Shown: positions 29,813 through 42,647, counted from the first letter of the stretch. The stretch: DNA of 64,000 nt from Flavobacteriaceae bacterium (GCA_018402385.1 JAGYJA010000005.1:1-64000); one strand, 5' to 3'. Made by a program: numbers and translations. The notes: generated by a model not told the origin, from the sequence alone.

Positions 29813-30285
29813 CTTAATATTTCTAATAATCGTTTTTCAAATCCTTGTTTTATACCCTTTATAAATTTTTCTTTATCTGAAACATACATAGCATGGACAT
29901 AAAGTACTTTTCGGTCATTTGAAACATCTAAGCTTAAAGTGCCCGGGGTTAGGGAAATTAAATTTGCTAAAAGTGTAATTTCCATATCTGTTTTTGCGTC
30001 AAGAGGAACCTTAACAATTCCCGGTTTCATATAAAATTTTGGTGTAACCACATCATAAGCCACTTGTATATTTGCCTTAAATAATTCATATAAAAAGAAA
30101 AAAACAAAAGAAACCAATTTTGGTAAAATCTTAAAATATTTATTTTCTCCATTTCCTCTTGAAATGACCCAAAGTATAAAAGTGCTCAATACAAAACCAA
30201 AGAGAAAGTTGAGTAGCGCAAAACTACCTGTTAATGCTACCCAAACTAAAGTTAATAGTATGTTGCTTAAAAATTTACTTCTCAT
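29809..30285 (-). CDS. mrpE: Na+/H+ antiporter subunit E (MrpE)
   Basis: 158 aa, position and size. Confidence 0.7.
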   Translation of the reverse strand: MRSKFLSNILLTLVWVALTGSFALLNFLFGFVLSTFILWVISRGNGENKYFKILPKLVSFVFFFLYELFKANIQVAYDVVTPKFYMKPGIVKVPLDAKTDMEITLLANLISLTPGTLSLDVSNDRKVLYVHAMYVSDKEKFIKGIKQGFEKRLLEILR

Positions 30286-30287
30286 TT

Positions 30288-31796
30288 TTATTTACCTAAA
30301 ACGGCTTGTATATAATTTTCATTATTCATTAACTCTTCACCCACTCTCATTGCCAGTTGTTGAATGTTTTCTGCGCCAAATCCGATATAAAGCGAAATTA
30401 TAGCTAAAAAAACAATGGGTCCTATGATTTCAATTTTCTTTTCAATTTTTAGTAAATGAAAGTACCTGAAGTTTTGAATTTCGGGTATTTTTTTTCCCTT
30501 TTTCCAAAATACTTCTGCCCAAATGCGAGCAACAACAAACAAGGTAATAAAAGTTCCAAATAAAAGAGCCGCTATTAACCAGTAATTATCAATTTTAAAA
30601 CTTTCAGTAATTAATGAAAGTTTAGGCCAAAATCCTGAAAACGGTGGAATTCCCACCAAAGAAAACAAAGGAACAATCATTAATAAAGATAAAAGCGGAT
30701 ACTTTGCATAAATACCCCCCAGATCACGCATACTGTAAGTTCCTTTTATTCTATATATCAAACCACTAACCATAAACAGATTGGTCTTTACAACAATATC
30801 GTGAATGATATAAAAAATAGCTCCTGCAATAGCAGCTTCCGTATATAAACCCAAACCTAAAATCATGTAACCTATATGGCAAATAATCAAATATGAAAAT
30901 ACTTTGGCAATATTATTCTGAGCAAGTGCGCCCAGTGCCCCGGCAACCATCGTAAACCCGGCTAAAACCAGTATGATGTTTTCAAGAAATGCATCTCCCA
31001 CAAAAATTAAGGTAAATACCCTTATGAGTGCATACACACCCACTTTAGTCAAAAGCCCACCAAAAACAGCAGATACTGCCGGAGGGGGCGTATGATAAGA
31101 GGCAGGTAACCAAAAATACAAGGGAAAAATAGCTGCCTTGATGCCAAACCCAATTAAAAACAAGATTGCGGTAACTTCAACCAGTCCCCGGTTTTCAAGG
31201 GCAGCAATTTTTAATGCTAAGTCTGCCATATTCAGTGAGCCTGTCAACCCATACAACACAGCAATAGCTGTTAAAAAGATTATTGAAGCAAAAATATTTA
31301 GAGTAAAATATTTAACAGCCCCTTCTATTTGTTTTTTTTCTCCTCCCAGTGTGATTAAAACAAACGAACTGATGATAATGATTTCAAACCAAACATACAG
31401 GTTGAAAATATCACCGGTTAAAAAGGCTCCATTAAGTCCTAAAAACAAGAAATGTAAAACAGGTAGAAAGCCAAATTTAAGTCGTGCTTTTAAAATGGTT
31501 CCCACTGTAAAAAAGGACACAGCAATACCACTAATAGCAGTGAGTAATACCATTGTTGCAGCAAAAGCATCTGCAACAAAAGTAATTCCAAAAGGTGCCT
31601 TCCAGCCTCCGGCTTGAATGGTTAAAGTGCCTTCATTCCACACGGTAATCATCAAACCTATTGCAACAAGCAAACTTATGATGCTTCCTCCTGCACTAAT
31701 ATACTTCTGTATTTTAACACTATTCCATGAGAAAAGCAACAGTATCGCCAAAAGCAACTGAACAATAATGGGATATAAAACAATGTGCTGTATCAT
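30288..31796 (-). CDS. mrpD: Na+/H+ antiporter subunit D (MrpD, NuoN/NuoM-like)
   Basis: 502 aa, polytopic, proton-pumping antiporter-like. Confidence 0.85.
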   Translation of the reverse strand: MIQHIVLYPIIVQLLLAILLLFSWNSVKIQKYISAGGSIISLLVAIGLMITVWNEGTLTIQAGGWKAPFGITFVADAFAATMVLLTAISGIAVSFFTVGTILKARLKFGFLPVLHFLFLGLNGAFLTGDIFNLYVWFEIIIISSFVLITLGGEKKQIEGAVKYFTLNIFASIIFLTAIAVLYGLTGSLNMADLALKIAALENRGLVEVTAILFLIGFGIKAAIFPLYFWLPASYHTPPPAVSAVFGGLLTKVGVYALIRVFTLIFVGDAFLENIILVLAGFTMVAGALGALAQNNIAKVFSYLIICHIGYMILGLGLYTEAAIAGAIFYIIHDIVVKTNLFMVSGLIYRIKGTYSMRDLGGIYAKYPLLSLLMIVPLFSLVGIPPFSGFWPKLSLITESFKIDNYWLIAALLFGTFITLFVVARIWAEVFWKKGKKIPEIQNFRYFHLLKIEKKIEIIGPIVFLAIISLYIGFGAENIQQLAMRVGEELMNNENYIQAVLGK

Positions 31797-32146
31797 GAAA
31801 ATTCGTCTGTTGAGTTCATTTGGTCTAAATCGTCTGTCTTAACAACTTTATATGCACGTTTAATTAATACAATCGCAAATGATTGCAAGCCAAAACTAAT
31901 CACAATGGCAGTTAAAATTAATGCCTGCGGTACAGGATCTGCATAGGCATCCAGAAAGTTGTATGATTCTTCAGGAATGATAGGTGGTTTTCCTTTCGTA
32001 ATCCTACCTAGAAGAAAAATCAGCAAATTAGCCCCATTACCTAACAAAATCAAGCCAATGATAAGCTTCACCAAACTGCGGCGCAACATCATATAAAGCC
32101 CAGAAGCATATAAAAGTCCTATTAAAATGGCAAGTAAAAACTCCAT
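31793..32146 (-). CDS. mrpC: Na+/H+ antiporter subunit C (MrpC, NuoK-like)
   Basis: 117 aa, 3 TM segments. Confidence 0.8.
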   Translation of the reverse strand: MEFLLAILIGLLYASGLYMMLRRSLVKLIIGLILLGNGANLLIFLLGRITKGKPPIIPEESYNFLDAYADPVPQALILTAIVISFGLQSFAIVLIKRAYKVVKTDDLDQMNSTDEFS

Positions 32147-32148
32147 AG

Positions 32149-32562
32149 TTAAGCAGATTCTGTTATAGTGAAAATGATGGTTAATGAAACGCCTATGACA
32201 ACAAGATATACCCCAATATCAAAGAAAAGAGCTGATCCTATCATTCCAATAACCGGTAAGGGCTCTTGAAACCAAATCCCTGTCATAAAAGGAAGATTTT
32301 CAATAAAAATGGGCGATAAACCGGCTAAAGCTGCGACTAAAAGTCCCAAAGGCATTAAGTACCCCGGGTGTAATCTCAACAAGGTTTTTGTGTTTTCTAA
32401 GCCATTAGCAAACGCATGTAAAACAAACGCAATTGAAGCAATAAGACCTCCCACAAAACCACCACCGGGCAAATAATGTCCCCGTAATAAAATAAAAATC
32501 GAAAACAAGAGCAACAAGGGCAATAAATAATCAGAGGCTGTTCTTAAAATAATTGTTTTCAT
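32149..32562 (-). CDS. mrpB: Na+/H+ antiporter subunit B (MrpB)
   Basis: 137 aa, 4 TM segments. Confidence 0.75.
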   Translation of the reverse strand: MKTIILRTASDYLLPLLLLFSIFILLRGHYLPGGGFVGGLIASIAFVLHAFANGLENTKTLLRLHPGYLMPLGLLVAALAGLSPIFIENLPFMTGIWFQEPLPVIGMIGSALFFDIGVYLVVIGVSLTIIFTITESA

Positions 32563-32575
32563 AAAATTCTATATT

Positions 32576-34906
32576 TTATCTTCTATTTTTACTAGTAAGT
32601 CTCAATTTCAATAGTGAAAACACACCAATAGCTGCAATAGTGAGAACGGCAATTTCCATAAAGGTGTCAATTCCTCTAAAGTCAACTAAAATCACATTTA
32701 CTACGTTTTTACCTTTGGCTAAGATATAAGCATTTTCAGCATAATAATCTGTTATCTGCGAGCCTTGAGGTTCACTTAAAACCTCTAGTGCCAAAACCGT
32801 AATTAAAGCACCAAAAACAAGTGATAAAACACCATCTTTAATGCGCACCTTATAATCTGAAAAGTTTAAATATTTTGGAAGTCTATACAAAACAAGTACA
32901 AACAAAATAACGGTCAAAGTATCGATAGAAAACTGAGTCATTGCCAAGTCTGGAGCACTGTAATATACAAATATAAGGCTGATGGCAAGCCCAACAACAC
33001 CCATTGCAGCCACTGCGGCAAGACGTGATTTTGTAAACACAGTAAATAAAATTCCAACAATCATTACTAAAACAGTCAAGACTTCATAAACAGTCAAAGC
33101 CGAAAAAGAATCATAATCAATTACATACTTTGTATTCTGAATTAGGGTGTAACCTGTCAAAAGAACTAAAAATAATATTATGACAGAGACATAATATCTC
33201 AAATAACCATTTTGAATGATTCCTGTTGTAAATCTTGAAAACTTACCAAAGCCAACTCCAAATTTTTCAACAATTGTTTGTGGCGCAATAAATTCAAGCT
33301 TAGCAATTCCTTTTTCAAGTTTTTGAGAAGGTTTCAAAATAAAATACAACAAAGCACCCACACCAATTGTAGTCGCGCTCAAGGCTAATATCAAGTTAAA
33401 TCCATGCCAAAGCTTTAATTGAACTTCGTTGCCACTTTCGCCCAGAGCAGTCACAGCAGGCTGAATCAACGCTCCCTGTATGATGGAAGGAAAAACACCA
33501 ATAACAATACCCAATGTGGCTAAAATTAAAGGAGGTAACCACATTAAAAAACTGGGCAAATGTACTTTTTCGAAAGCTGCCGGTAGCTTTCCGGTAAAGG
33601 GTTTAATTCCAGCTAAAAAACCGGCATAAAGCAACAATATGTTTGTGACAATTGCCAAAACAGTGAGTATCAAAGCCGAACTTCCAAAATGAAGGGTAGC
33701 TTCATAAATTAAATCTTTTCCTAAAAATCCAAAACTTGGCGGTATCCCCGCATTTGAAATTGCTGCTAATACACCTGCTATCGCTACAGGCAATAAAACT
33801 TTCCTAAGCCCTGAAAGTGCTGTTATATCACGGGTGCCTGTCTCGTGGTCAATAATGCCTGTAACTAGGAATAATGTGGCCTTATACAAAGCATGTACCA
33901 GGATAAAAACGCAGGCAGCTAAAAGAGCGTCCTGTGTTCCGAGACCGATTAAAAACACTAAAATTCCCAAAGCTGATATTGTGGAATAAGCCAGTATTCC
34001 TTTTAGATCAGTTCTAAAAATCGTATGTATGGCAGCATAAACCATCGTTGTTGCTCCCACAATGATTAAAGTAGAATTCCATAACTCTGTACTTCCCAAA
34101 ACAGGCGTAAAACGCATCAGTAAATACACACCTGCTTTTACCATAGTAGCAGAATGCAGATAAGTAGATACCGGAGTAGGCGCTTTCATCGCGCCGGGCA
34201 ACCAAAAGTGAAATGGAAATTGAGCCGATTTTGTAAAGGCAGCCCCAAAAATGAGGAGGACAATAAGAATATAATGTGCACTGTCTGCAATCACTTCTTT
34301 AGAGGAAAGCATTTCAGCAATGCTATATGTGCCGGCAACATTCCCTAGAATTAAAACCCCTGCAAGTAGTAAAAGACCTCCTGTCCCTGTAATGGCTAAA
34401 GCTAAAATAGCCGATTTTCTGGAAGCTTCTTCTTTGTTGTTGAAACCAATGAGAAAAAACGAACTAATACTGGTCAATTCCCAAAAAACAAAAAGCGAAA
34501 TGATATTGTCTGAAAGCACCACACCCAGCATGGCCGCCATAAAAATTCCCAAATAACCATAAAAGCGGTCTAAGTATTCATGTCCTTTTAGATAGGCCGC
34601 AGTATAAACAAACACCAAAAACCCAATACCGGTAATCATTAATGTAAAGATGAGCGAAATTCCATCCAGTGTAAACCCGAGATTTACTCCCAGTGAAGGC
34701 ACCCATTCATAAGTTTGAGAAATTATTTCACCGTTTGCTATGCGCTTTGAAAATTGTAAGAAATATACAAAGAGTCCTAAAGGAACTAGCGCAGAAAGAA
34801 TGGCGAGCTTGCCCTTTAGATACTTACCGGCAACAACCAATAAAATTGAGAAAAGAAAACCTGTGAGTATTGCTATTAGCATAAGTTTGTAAAGTGTCAA
34901 TAGCAA
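32576..34906 (-). CDS. mrpA: Na+/H+ antiporter subunit A (MrpA, NuoL-like with MrpB-like C-terminal domain)
   Basis: 776 aa, polytopic, first gene of the 7-gene operon. Confidence 0.85.
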   Translation of the reverse strand: MLLTLYKLMLIAILTGFLFSILLVVAGKYLKGKLAILSALVPLGLFVYFLQFSKRIANGEIISQTYEWVPSLGVNLGFTLDGISLIFTLMITGIGFLVFVYTAAYLKGHEYLDRFYGYLGIFMAAMLGVVLSDNIISLFVFWELTSISSFFLIGFNNKEEASRKSAILALAITGTGGLLLLAGVLILGNVAGTYSIAEMLSSKEVIADSAHYILIVLLIFGAAFTKSAQFPFHFWLPGAMKAPTPVSTYLHSATMVKAGVYLLMRFTPVLGSTELWNSTLIIVGATTMVYAAIHTIFRTDLKGILAYSTISALGILVFLIGLGTQDALLAACVFILVHALYKATLFLVTGIIDHETGTRDITALSGLRKVLLPVAIAGVLAAISNAGIPPSFGFLGKDLIYEATLHFGSSALILTVLAIVTNILLLYAGFLAGIKPFTGKLPAAFEKVHLPSFLMWLPPLILATLGIVIGVFPSIIQGALIQPAVTALGESGNEVQLKLWHGFNLILALSATTIGVGALLYFILKPSQKLEKGIAKLEFIAPQTIVEKFGVGFGKFSRFTTGIIQNGYLRYYVSVIILFLVLLTGYTLIQNTKYVIDYDSFSALTVYEVLTVLVMIVGILFTVFTKSRLAAVAAMGVVGLAISLIFVYYSAPDLAMTQFSIDTLTVILFVLVLYRLPKYLNFSDYKVRIKDGVLSLVFGALITVLALEVLSEPQGSQITDYYAENAYILAKGKNVVNVILVDFRGIDTFMEIAVLTIAAIGVFSLLKLRLTSKNRR

Positions 34907-34993
34907 ATATAGTAGAATTTAGGAATTTTTGAAATAAAGGAATCACTTTAAAACCCAATATTTAAAAGGTTTAACAGGTTGATAACATTATGT

Positions 34994-35030
34994 AAAAAAA
35001 AACCCGATAATATCGATTATCGGGAGGTTT
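34994..35030 (-). terminator. Rho-independent terminator after atpC
   Basis: CCCGATAAT-ATCG-ATTATCGGG perfect stem; minus strand followed by T9. Confidence 0.75.
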
Positions 35031-35051
35031 ATTTTTCATTAAAAATGGATA

Positions 35052-35330
35052 TTAATCTGCAAGAATGATTACTTTGTTGTTATTCATTTCCAAAGTTCCA
35101 CTATTGATGAAAAGTGTCCATCTGCCTTCATCATTTTTAGTAAACTTCTTTTTCACATTCTCATTGATTGTGATGTTACCATCTATTTTGATAAGCCCTT
35201 CCTGTAAAATGGAGACGATAGGTGCGTGATTATCAAGAATTTGAAACTCACCATTCACACCGGGCACTGCAACAGATTTTACATCAGCTTGCAATAAAAC
35301 GGCTTCGGGTGATATAATTTCTAATTTCAT
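35052..35330 (-). CDS. atpC: F0F1 ATP synthase epsilon subunit
   Basis: MKLEIISPEAVLLQADVKSVAVPGVNGEFQIL. Confidence 0.9.
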   Translation of the reverse strand: MKLEIISPEAVLLQADVKSVAVPGVNGEFQILDNHAPIVSILQEGLIKIDGNITINENVKKKFTKNDEGRWTLFINSGTLEMNNNKVIILAD

Positions 35331-35408
35331 TTGTTATTTGGTTAATGGTTAAGTGCTATTGGTTAACAGCTAAAATGAAAACTATTAACCAATAACTATT
35401 AACTAATT

Positions 35409-36920
<1,512 letters not shown>

Positions 36921-37049
36921 CTATTTATTGTTTAGCAAATTAATTATCTAAAAAACCTAAGAAAATAGGTTACGATTTTCACGGTGCAAAGATAGTTTTT
37001 TTAATTGAAATAAAATGAAAGGAAATTGAGATTTTTTGCTGAAAAATAT

Positions 37050-37243
37050 GCCACGAATGCACGAATGATTTTTGATGTTCTGTTTTGGAAAAAACACCAC
37101 AAAATTGATATTATCAAATTGGCACATTATTTTTTTTTAGACTTTTGTTTTTATTAAAAAGTCACAAACCAACCTTTGGAGCAGAGCAGTTCTTGTAAAA
37201 GCTGAAGCTAAAGCTCAAAAAATAGCATTAGTGCATTCGTGGC
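37050..37243. repeat. Perfect 13-bp inverted-repeat pair (GCCACGAATGCAC / GTGCATTCGTGGC) 168 bp apart; possible MITE-like insert
   Basis: Exact reverse complements at 37050-37062 and 37231-37243; adjacent 16-bp palindrome TCTCTATATATAGAGA at 37245-37260. Confidence 0.45.
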
Positions 37244-37312
37244 AATCTCTATATATAGAGAATGACAGATTTATGTAATGCATTGTATGGTTTGAAATTA
37301 AAATAAGGTTGA

Positions 37313-37954
37313 TTATTCATTTACCGAAAAGTCTTCCCATCCCCAAGAGGGTTCAGGGATTTCAACTTCTTGAGTCAAATCAAATGAAACTGTAAAAACA
37401 CGCTCGGTACCCAATCTTCTTAAATTATAGGTATAAGCATTTTCATCAACGGTTACCCACCACACATTGGTAGCTGCCGGTTCAATAACCTCAAGCGTTT
37501 CTTCATCTGCAGGAAAAACTGCTATTCCGGGAATACCGCTGTTTGTGGATGTCCCGCCATACATCGTTAGTTCATCATCGCTGCCATCTTCCATTCGGTG
37601 GTCGTGTTTTAAAGTGATGCGATCATCTTTATAAGTAAAAATCCAGGTGCGCGAACGGTTATCACCCACATTAAAAGGAATCAAAATTTGCTCATCGTCA
37701 CAGGATAAAACATGCATTACAAGTCTTTTTCCGGCAAAATCATCATTGGTAGGTGCACTCACAAGTTCGCCTTCAAAAGCTTTTCCACAAAGCGCTTTGA
37801 GGGAGTTCCAGAATTCTTTGGCGCCTGCGGTTTCATTAATTGTTTCCTGTGTTTCCACTTCATCTTCTTTTATCTCTTCCTTGTTTTCTTTTTTTTCTTC
37901 GCCACAGGCAAATAAAAGTGTGCTAATAAAAAGGAGTACAAAAATGTTTTTCAT
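37313..37954 (-). CDS. Hypothetical lipoprotein
   Basis: Lipoprotein signal (LLFACGEEKKENKEE), acidic N-terminal linker. Confidence 0.4.
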   Translation of the reverse strand: MKNIFVLLFISTLLFACGEEKKENKEEIKEDEVETQETINETAGAKEFWNSLKALCGKAFEGELVSAPTNDDFAGKRLVMHVLSCDDEQILIPFNVGDNRSRTWIFTYKDDRITLKHDHRMEDGSDDELTMYGGTSTNSGIPGIAVFPADEETLEVIEPAATNVWWVTVDENAYTYNLRRLGTERVFTVSFDLTQEVEIPEPSWGWEDFSVNE

Positions 37955-38001
37955 AATTTTTTATTTTTGGTTTAGTGTCCATAAAAGTAGTTAAATGATT
38001 T

Positions 38002-39780
38002 TTAATCATCCACTATTTTCATTTTTCGTAAAAGAAAAGATGCATTCATATTTTGAGCAATACCGTTTTTAAGGGTGTAGTCAAAATGGAGCTCGTCGTT
38101 TATGATTTCTGCATCAAAATAGTAGTTTTTCACTTCGTCGTGGTCTTTTTCCACTTCACATAAGCTCAAATCGTGCGTGGCAATGATACCTGTGGAATGA
38201 GACGCAACAAGCTTTTCTATAAATTTTCTCGACCCCAACGCCTTGTCGGTGCTGTTGGTTCCTTTTAAAATTTCGTCTAAGATGATGAAATAATTATCCT
38301 CTTGGATTTTGTCAACGATAAATTTTAAGCGCTTTAATTCCGAAAAGAAATAAGATTCATCATCAGTCAAGGAATCTGAGGTGCGCATGCTGGTGATCAA
38401 CTTTATGGGCGAATAAGAAAAAGAAGAAGCACACACCGGTAATCCCAGATTGGCCATTAAAATCCCCAGTGATACTGTTCGTAGAAATGTACTTTTTCCA
38501 GCCATGTTGGCACCGGTGATGATAAAGAATTGCTGGTTTTCAATGCTGAAATTATTGGTCACCGCCTTTGCCGGGTCTAAAAGCGGATGCACAAAGTCAC
38601 GTGCTATTATAACGCTTTTACCTTCAGTGATTTCAGGGAATGTATAGTTTGGATGGTTGAATGAAAAGTTTGCCAGTGAGTTGAATGCATCTATTTTGGC
38701 GATGACCGCAAACCAGTCTTCTGCCTTTTGTCCATAGCTTTTAATCCATTGTTCAATGTGAAAGGATTGATAAAGATCCCACAACAAAAATCCGTTTGCA
38801 AAAATGCCAAATAACATATTGTTACGTTGATCGAGCGCATCGAGTTTTCGGGAAAATATATGGGCGATTTTAGAAGCTTTTTCGTTTTCAACGGCAATTT
38901 TCTTCTGCAAATCGTTTAATTTCGCTGAAGCGAAATGGGTTGTTTCAATTTGCATCAATAAATAGTGGTACTGTTGAAATACTTCCTGAATTTTACTCGT
39001 TTTCGCAGAAAGGTCATTTACTTTTTTTATGTAAATGCCCGAAATTCCCAAACCTACAAAAAACCATAAAAGCACTTGTTTGAATCCAATAAAATCAAGA
39101 AACAAAGCGGCAAAAACACCCACTGAAAGCACTGAAAAAACAAGGGGTAACACCTGCATTATTTTCGGAATAAAAAAGGAATGGTTTTTTAAAAGATGCA
39201 AAACAGTTGCGGTGGAGGTTTCAGATTTTGAAAGGGCTGCATAGGCCGAAAAATCCTGACGCCAGGCTGCTTTTTCTGAAAGTTCTTGGATAGCTTCTTG
39301 CTTATTTTTAATATTATCAATAGCGTTGCTTTTTAACTTTTTAGCTAAAGCGGTTGCCCCTTCACCCGTGGCGGTGCGGTTGAGGTATTGATAGAAAGAA
39401 CCTTTGCCAAACAGGTCAATATCCTGACTGTAATAGTGCATATCTTCCTTAAATTCATTCCCTTCGTGAAAGTCAAACACTTCCCTTTTTAAAGCCTTGA
39501 GTTCTTTTTTGTTGATAGCAATAAGCTCCTGAAATAGTTTTTTTTGAAAAGTAAGGTCGCTGTGCCGCGAAATCAAAAATAAAAACAGGGCACTGCCTAA
39601 AATAAGTGTAGCAACAACCCCTCTGGCATCACCAAAAAAGAAATACACCCCAAAACAAATCAATACAAACACCCCCAATCGAAGCATACTGGAAGCAAAC
39701 AATTTTTGTTTGATGGTTTTGAGTTGCCTTTGAAAGGTTTTGGTTTGAGAACTATAAAACTCTTGTGGTTGCTGCGCCAT
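38002..39780 (-). CDS. MutS-related ATPase (MutS domain V) with N-terminal membrane region
   Basis: TGANMAGKSTFLRTV Walker A, DEILKGTN and THD motifs of the MutS ABC ATPase; two N-terminal TM helices. Confidence 0.7.
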   Translation of the reverse strand: MAQQPQEFYSSQTKTFQRQLKTIKQKLFASSMLRLGVFVLICFGVYFFFGDARGVVATLILGSALFLFLISRHSDLTFQKKLFQELIAINKKELKALKREVFDFHEGNEFKEDMHYYSQDIDLFGKGSFYQYLNRTATGEGATALAKKLKSNAIDNIKNKQEAIQELSEKAAWRQDFSAYAALSKSETSTATVLHLLKNHSFFIPKIMQVLPLVFSVLSVGVFAALFLDFIGFKQVLLWFFVGLGISGIYIKKVNDLSAKTSKIQEVFQQYHYLLMQIETTHFASAKLNDLQKKIAVENEKASKIAHIFSRKLDALDQRNNMLFGIFANGFLLWDLYQSFHIEQWIKSYGQKAEDWFAVIAKIDAFNSLANFSFNHPNYTFPEITEGKSVIIARDFVHPLLDPAKAVTNNFSIENQQFFIITGANMAGKSTFLRTVSLGILMANLGLPVCASSFSYSPIKLITSMRTSDSLTDDESYFFSELKRLKFIVDKIQEDNYFIILDEILKGTNSTDKALGSRKFIEKLVASHSTGIIATHDLSLCEVEKDHDEVKNYYFDAEIINDELHFDYTLKNGIAQNMNASFLLRKMKIVDD

Positions 39781-39816
39781 CTTTACTAATTAGAAGCTCC
39801 GAAATTACAGCTAAAA

Positions 39817-40182
39817 TTATAAATTGGCTAATTCGGCTTGCAGTTTTTTGGTAAGGCTTGCAACGATTAGATCATAAGAATGGTCAATGAGCTCCCATAT
39901 CATTTCATCTGGCACATCAATATTGATTGCCACTGTGTTCCAAAGGTTTTTGTTCATATGATAGCCGGGTTGGACGGCTTCATATTCTTCCCGCAATTCC
40001 AAGGCACGATTAGGGTCACATTTTAAGTTTACTGAAGGCGTGCCTTCTTCCCATTTTTTGACAGATGAAAGCGCAAACATTTTTCCCATCACTTTAAAGA
40101 CCAACACGTCTTCGTCAAACGGAAAGTGTTCGGTAACGCCTTTTTTGTTGATGCAGTAGTTTCGGTATTGTTCTATGTTCAT
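39817..40182 (-). CDS. MmcQ/YjbR-family protein
   Basis: 121 aa with the characteristic opening HFPFDEDVLVFKVMGKMFA. Confidence 0.55.
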   Translation of the reverse strand: MNIEQYRNYCINKKGVTEHFPFDEDVLVFKVMGKMFALSSVKKWEEGTPSVNLKCDPNRALELREEYEAVQPGYHMNKNLWNTVAINIDVPDEMIWELIDHSYDLIVASLTKKLQAELANL

Positions 40183-40215
40183 TTTAGTATTGTTTTAGAC
40201 GTCACTTCGACAAGC

Positions 40216-40605
40216 TCAGTGACCGAACTCTCCGGACCCTGAGCCTGTCGAAGGGTCATTTCCAATCTCCCCCAAATGAGTAAATCTAAACCCTTTATCA
40301 TATTTCAAACCATAACCAAAAATTCTGTCCATTGCAGCGTGTGAAAATAAAATGACACCTATAAACTGTGTGATTTCTGATTGTGTATAGACACCGATTA
40401 AATAAATCGCAACAGCAATTCCGCGATGGTGAAAAATATTATAAGAAATTGCACCTGCCTTATTTCCGAAAAGATATCCCAGCATCCCAATATCAGGGGT
40501 TAAGATTAAGACCAAAAACCACCACCAGGCAAAAGTTAGTTGGGAAAACAGAAAAATGCCTAAAAGGAATAGAGCGAGTTCTTCAAGTTTTAGGGTTGTT
40601 TTCAT
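40216..40605 (-). CDS. DUF4260-like small membrane protein
   Basis: 129 aa, 4 TM segments. Confidence 0.4.
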   Translation of the reverse strand: MKTTLKLEELALFLLGIFLFSQLTFAWWWFLVLILTPDIGMLGYLFGNKAGAISYNIFHHRGIAVAIYLIGVYTQSEITQFIGVILFSHAAMDRIFGYGLKYDKGFRFTHLGEIGNDPSTGSGSGEFGH

Positions 40606-40666
40606 AGGTAATTCAAATTTTCATATTTCAAATTTTCTAATTTTTGAATCATCTCACCTCTACTAA

Positions 40667-41422
40667 CTAACCTCTCACCACTTCATACAATACCGGCTTG
40701 CTCGGCGAGGCGTCATTGACAAAAGATGCCATTTGTAAATTTAAAAAATAAGTGCCGTCTTTGATGTCGTTTTTCACATAAATAAATTCGGTGATGGTGG
40801 CATTTTTTCTTGGCTTATCCGGGTAATTCCAGAAAGCACGGTGTGCCAGCAGTTCGCCATCGTCTTTTTCACGGTCCACAGAGGGCATGTCAATAAGCAG
40901 GTGCTCTACCCCAATATTTCTCAGGTACAATGCTGCATCTTCCAACAGGTAAGGCCAGTTGGTGTGGGAGTATTGCATGGAACGTTTCTCTAGCGTATTG
41001 GGGATGGTGCGAATGACAATGGCTTGTGGTGTTGCACCTTTTAAAGCTTTTTCAATTTGCTTTTTGGAAATGACTTTGTCTTCTTCTCCAAATGACTCAG
41101 GAGCCACCGTGATGACTTCTGCCAGAAAGAAAAACTGTTTCAAGGCTTTGTTTACAGAGTAAAACTCTTCAGAGATGTGACCGTAACTCTCGGTATGGGT
41201 ACCGTGTGCGTGGGGATTAAACTCAATATTGTTAAAGTTGATGGAGGCCCCTTCACTCACTTTTGCGACCCAGCCATCGTCTTCTACCGGTTCGATTTTA
41301 GGTTGCCCAATGTACCAGGCATTCGGGTTTTTGTTGCTTGCTACTAGGGGGATGGAGATGTCCAAAGGCTTGGACAGGTCGATGGTGTAGGTTTTGTTAT
41401 GGCTGGAAATTTTTGTAATCAT
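40667..41422 (-). CDS. Cyclase-family (arylformamidase-like) protein
   Basis: HAHGTHTESYGH resembles the HxGTHxDxPxH cyclase motif. Confidence 0.5.
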   Translation of the reverse strand: MITKISSHNKTYTIDLSKPLDISIPLVASNKNPNAWYIGQPKIEPVEDDGWVAKVSEGASINFNNIEFNPHAHGTHTESYGHISEEFYSVNKALKQFFFLAEVITVAPESFGEEDKVISKKQIEKALKGATPQAIVIRTIPNTLEKRSMQYSHTNWPYLLEDAALYLRNIGVEHLLIDMPSVDREKDDGELLAHRAFWNYPDKPRKNATITEFIYVKNDIKDGTYFLNLQMASFVNDASPSKPVLYEVVRG

Positions 41423-41513
41423 TCGGATTAAATAATATTTGAAAATAATCAGCGATAATCAGCATGCTCTGCGGGCTAAAATTTCCCGCTGATTTTGCAG
41501 ATGTGCGCTGAGC

Positions 41514-42641
41514 TTATAAATTTAGTAAAAACAAATCACTCGAAATGCCATCACTCAAAAATTTACCTTTTTTAGTTACAAGCAAGATGTCGCCGTCCAG
41601 ATAGAGCAGGTGTTCTTCCAGGTGTTTTTGTGCCTGTTGTAAGAGATATTCCTTATATTTTGTTCCAAATTCTTCTTCCACACGTTTCACAGAAACACCC
41701 CACATTGTTCGTAACCCCGTCATTATATACTCATTATAACGATCGGTGGTAGAGAGGGTTTCGGTTTCTGAGGGGAGTTCATTTTTTTCGATATATTTGA
41801 TATATAAAGTGTTGTTGCGCACATTCCAGCTTCGGGTTTTACCGTCAAAGGAATGAGCTGAAGGACCAATACCTAAATAGGGTTTTCCTTGCCAATAAGC
41901 CGTGTTGTTTTTGCTGAAAAAACCTTCTTTTCCAAAGTTTGATAGTTCATAATGTACAAACCCCTTTCGCGTAAGCGTGTCTATCAAGGTGTGAAAATGT
42001 AGTTCTGCGATTTCTTCGTCAATGGGCTGAACGATCCCTTTTTTGATGAAGTTTTCTAATGCGGTTTTGGGTTCTACTGTAAGCGCATAACTGGATATAT
42101 GGGGAATGCCAAACGACAATGCTTTATGGATGTTTTGCTGCCACCGCTCAATGGACATCTCAGGGATACCGTAAATTAAATCCAGGGAAATATTATTAAA
42201 GTAGCTCATTGCCAGATTCAAACAATCTTCAGCTTCTTTAGCATTGTGTGCCCTGTTCATCAACTTTAAATCTTCTTCAAAAAAAGATTGGATACCGATG
42301 CTCAACCGGTTGATGGGGGAGTCTGCCAATTGTTTTATTTTTTCTTCAGTAAGATCATCCGGGTTGGCCTCGAGGGTTATTTCGACAGGCTTAGCAACCG
42401 TGTAATGCTCATAAATGGTTTTGAAAATTTGAGCGAGTTCTTCCCGTGTTAACAAACTGGGTGTGCCACCGCCAAAGTAAATGGTTTCTATGGTGCCTTT
42501 TATTTCGCTTTTTCGTAAAACGAGTTCGCGGCAAAGGGCTTCCACGAGCTCTGTTTTCTTTTTCAAGGAAGTCGAAAAATGAAAGTCGCAGTAATGACAG
42601 GCTTGCTTGCAGAAGGGAATATGTATGTAAATTCCGGACAT
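41514..42641 (-). CDS. hemW: Radical-SAM heme chaperone HemW (HemN-like)
   Basis: YIHIPFCKQACHYCDF CxxxCxxC radical-SAM motif; 375 aa. Confidence 0.85.
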   Translation of the reverse strand: MSGIYIHIPFCKQACHYCDFHFSTSLKKKTELVEALCRELVLRKSEIKGTIETIYFGGGTPSLLTREELAQIFKTIYEHYTVAKPVEITLEANPDDLTEEKIKQLADSPINRLSIGIQSFFEEDLKLMNRAHNAKEAEDCLNLAMSYFNNISLDLIYGIPEMSIERWQQNIHKALSFGIPHISSYALTVEPKTALENFIKKGIVQPIDEEIAELHFHTLIDTLTRKGFVHYELSNFGKEGFFSKNNTAYWQGKPYLGIGPSAHSFDGKTRSWNVRNNTLYIKYIEKNELPSETETLSTTDRYNEYIMTGLRTMWGVSVKRVEEEFGTKYKEYLLQQAQKHLEEHLLYLDGDILLVTKKGKFLSDGISSDLFLLNL

Positions 42642-42647
42642 GTTTTA

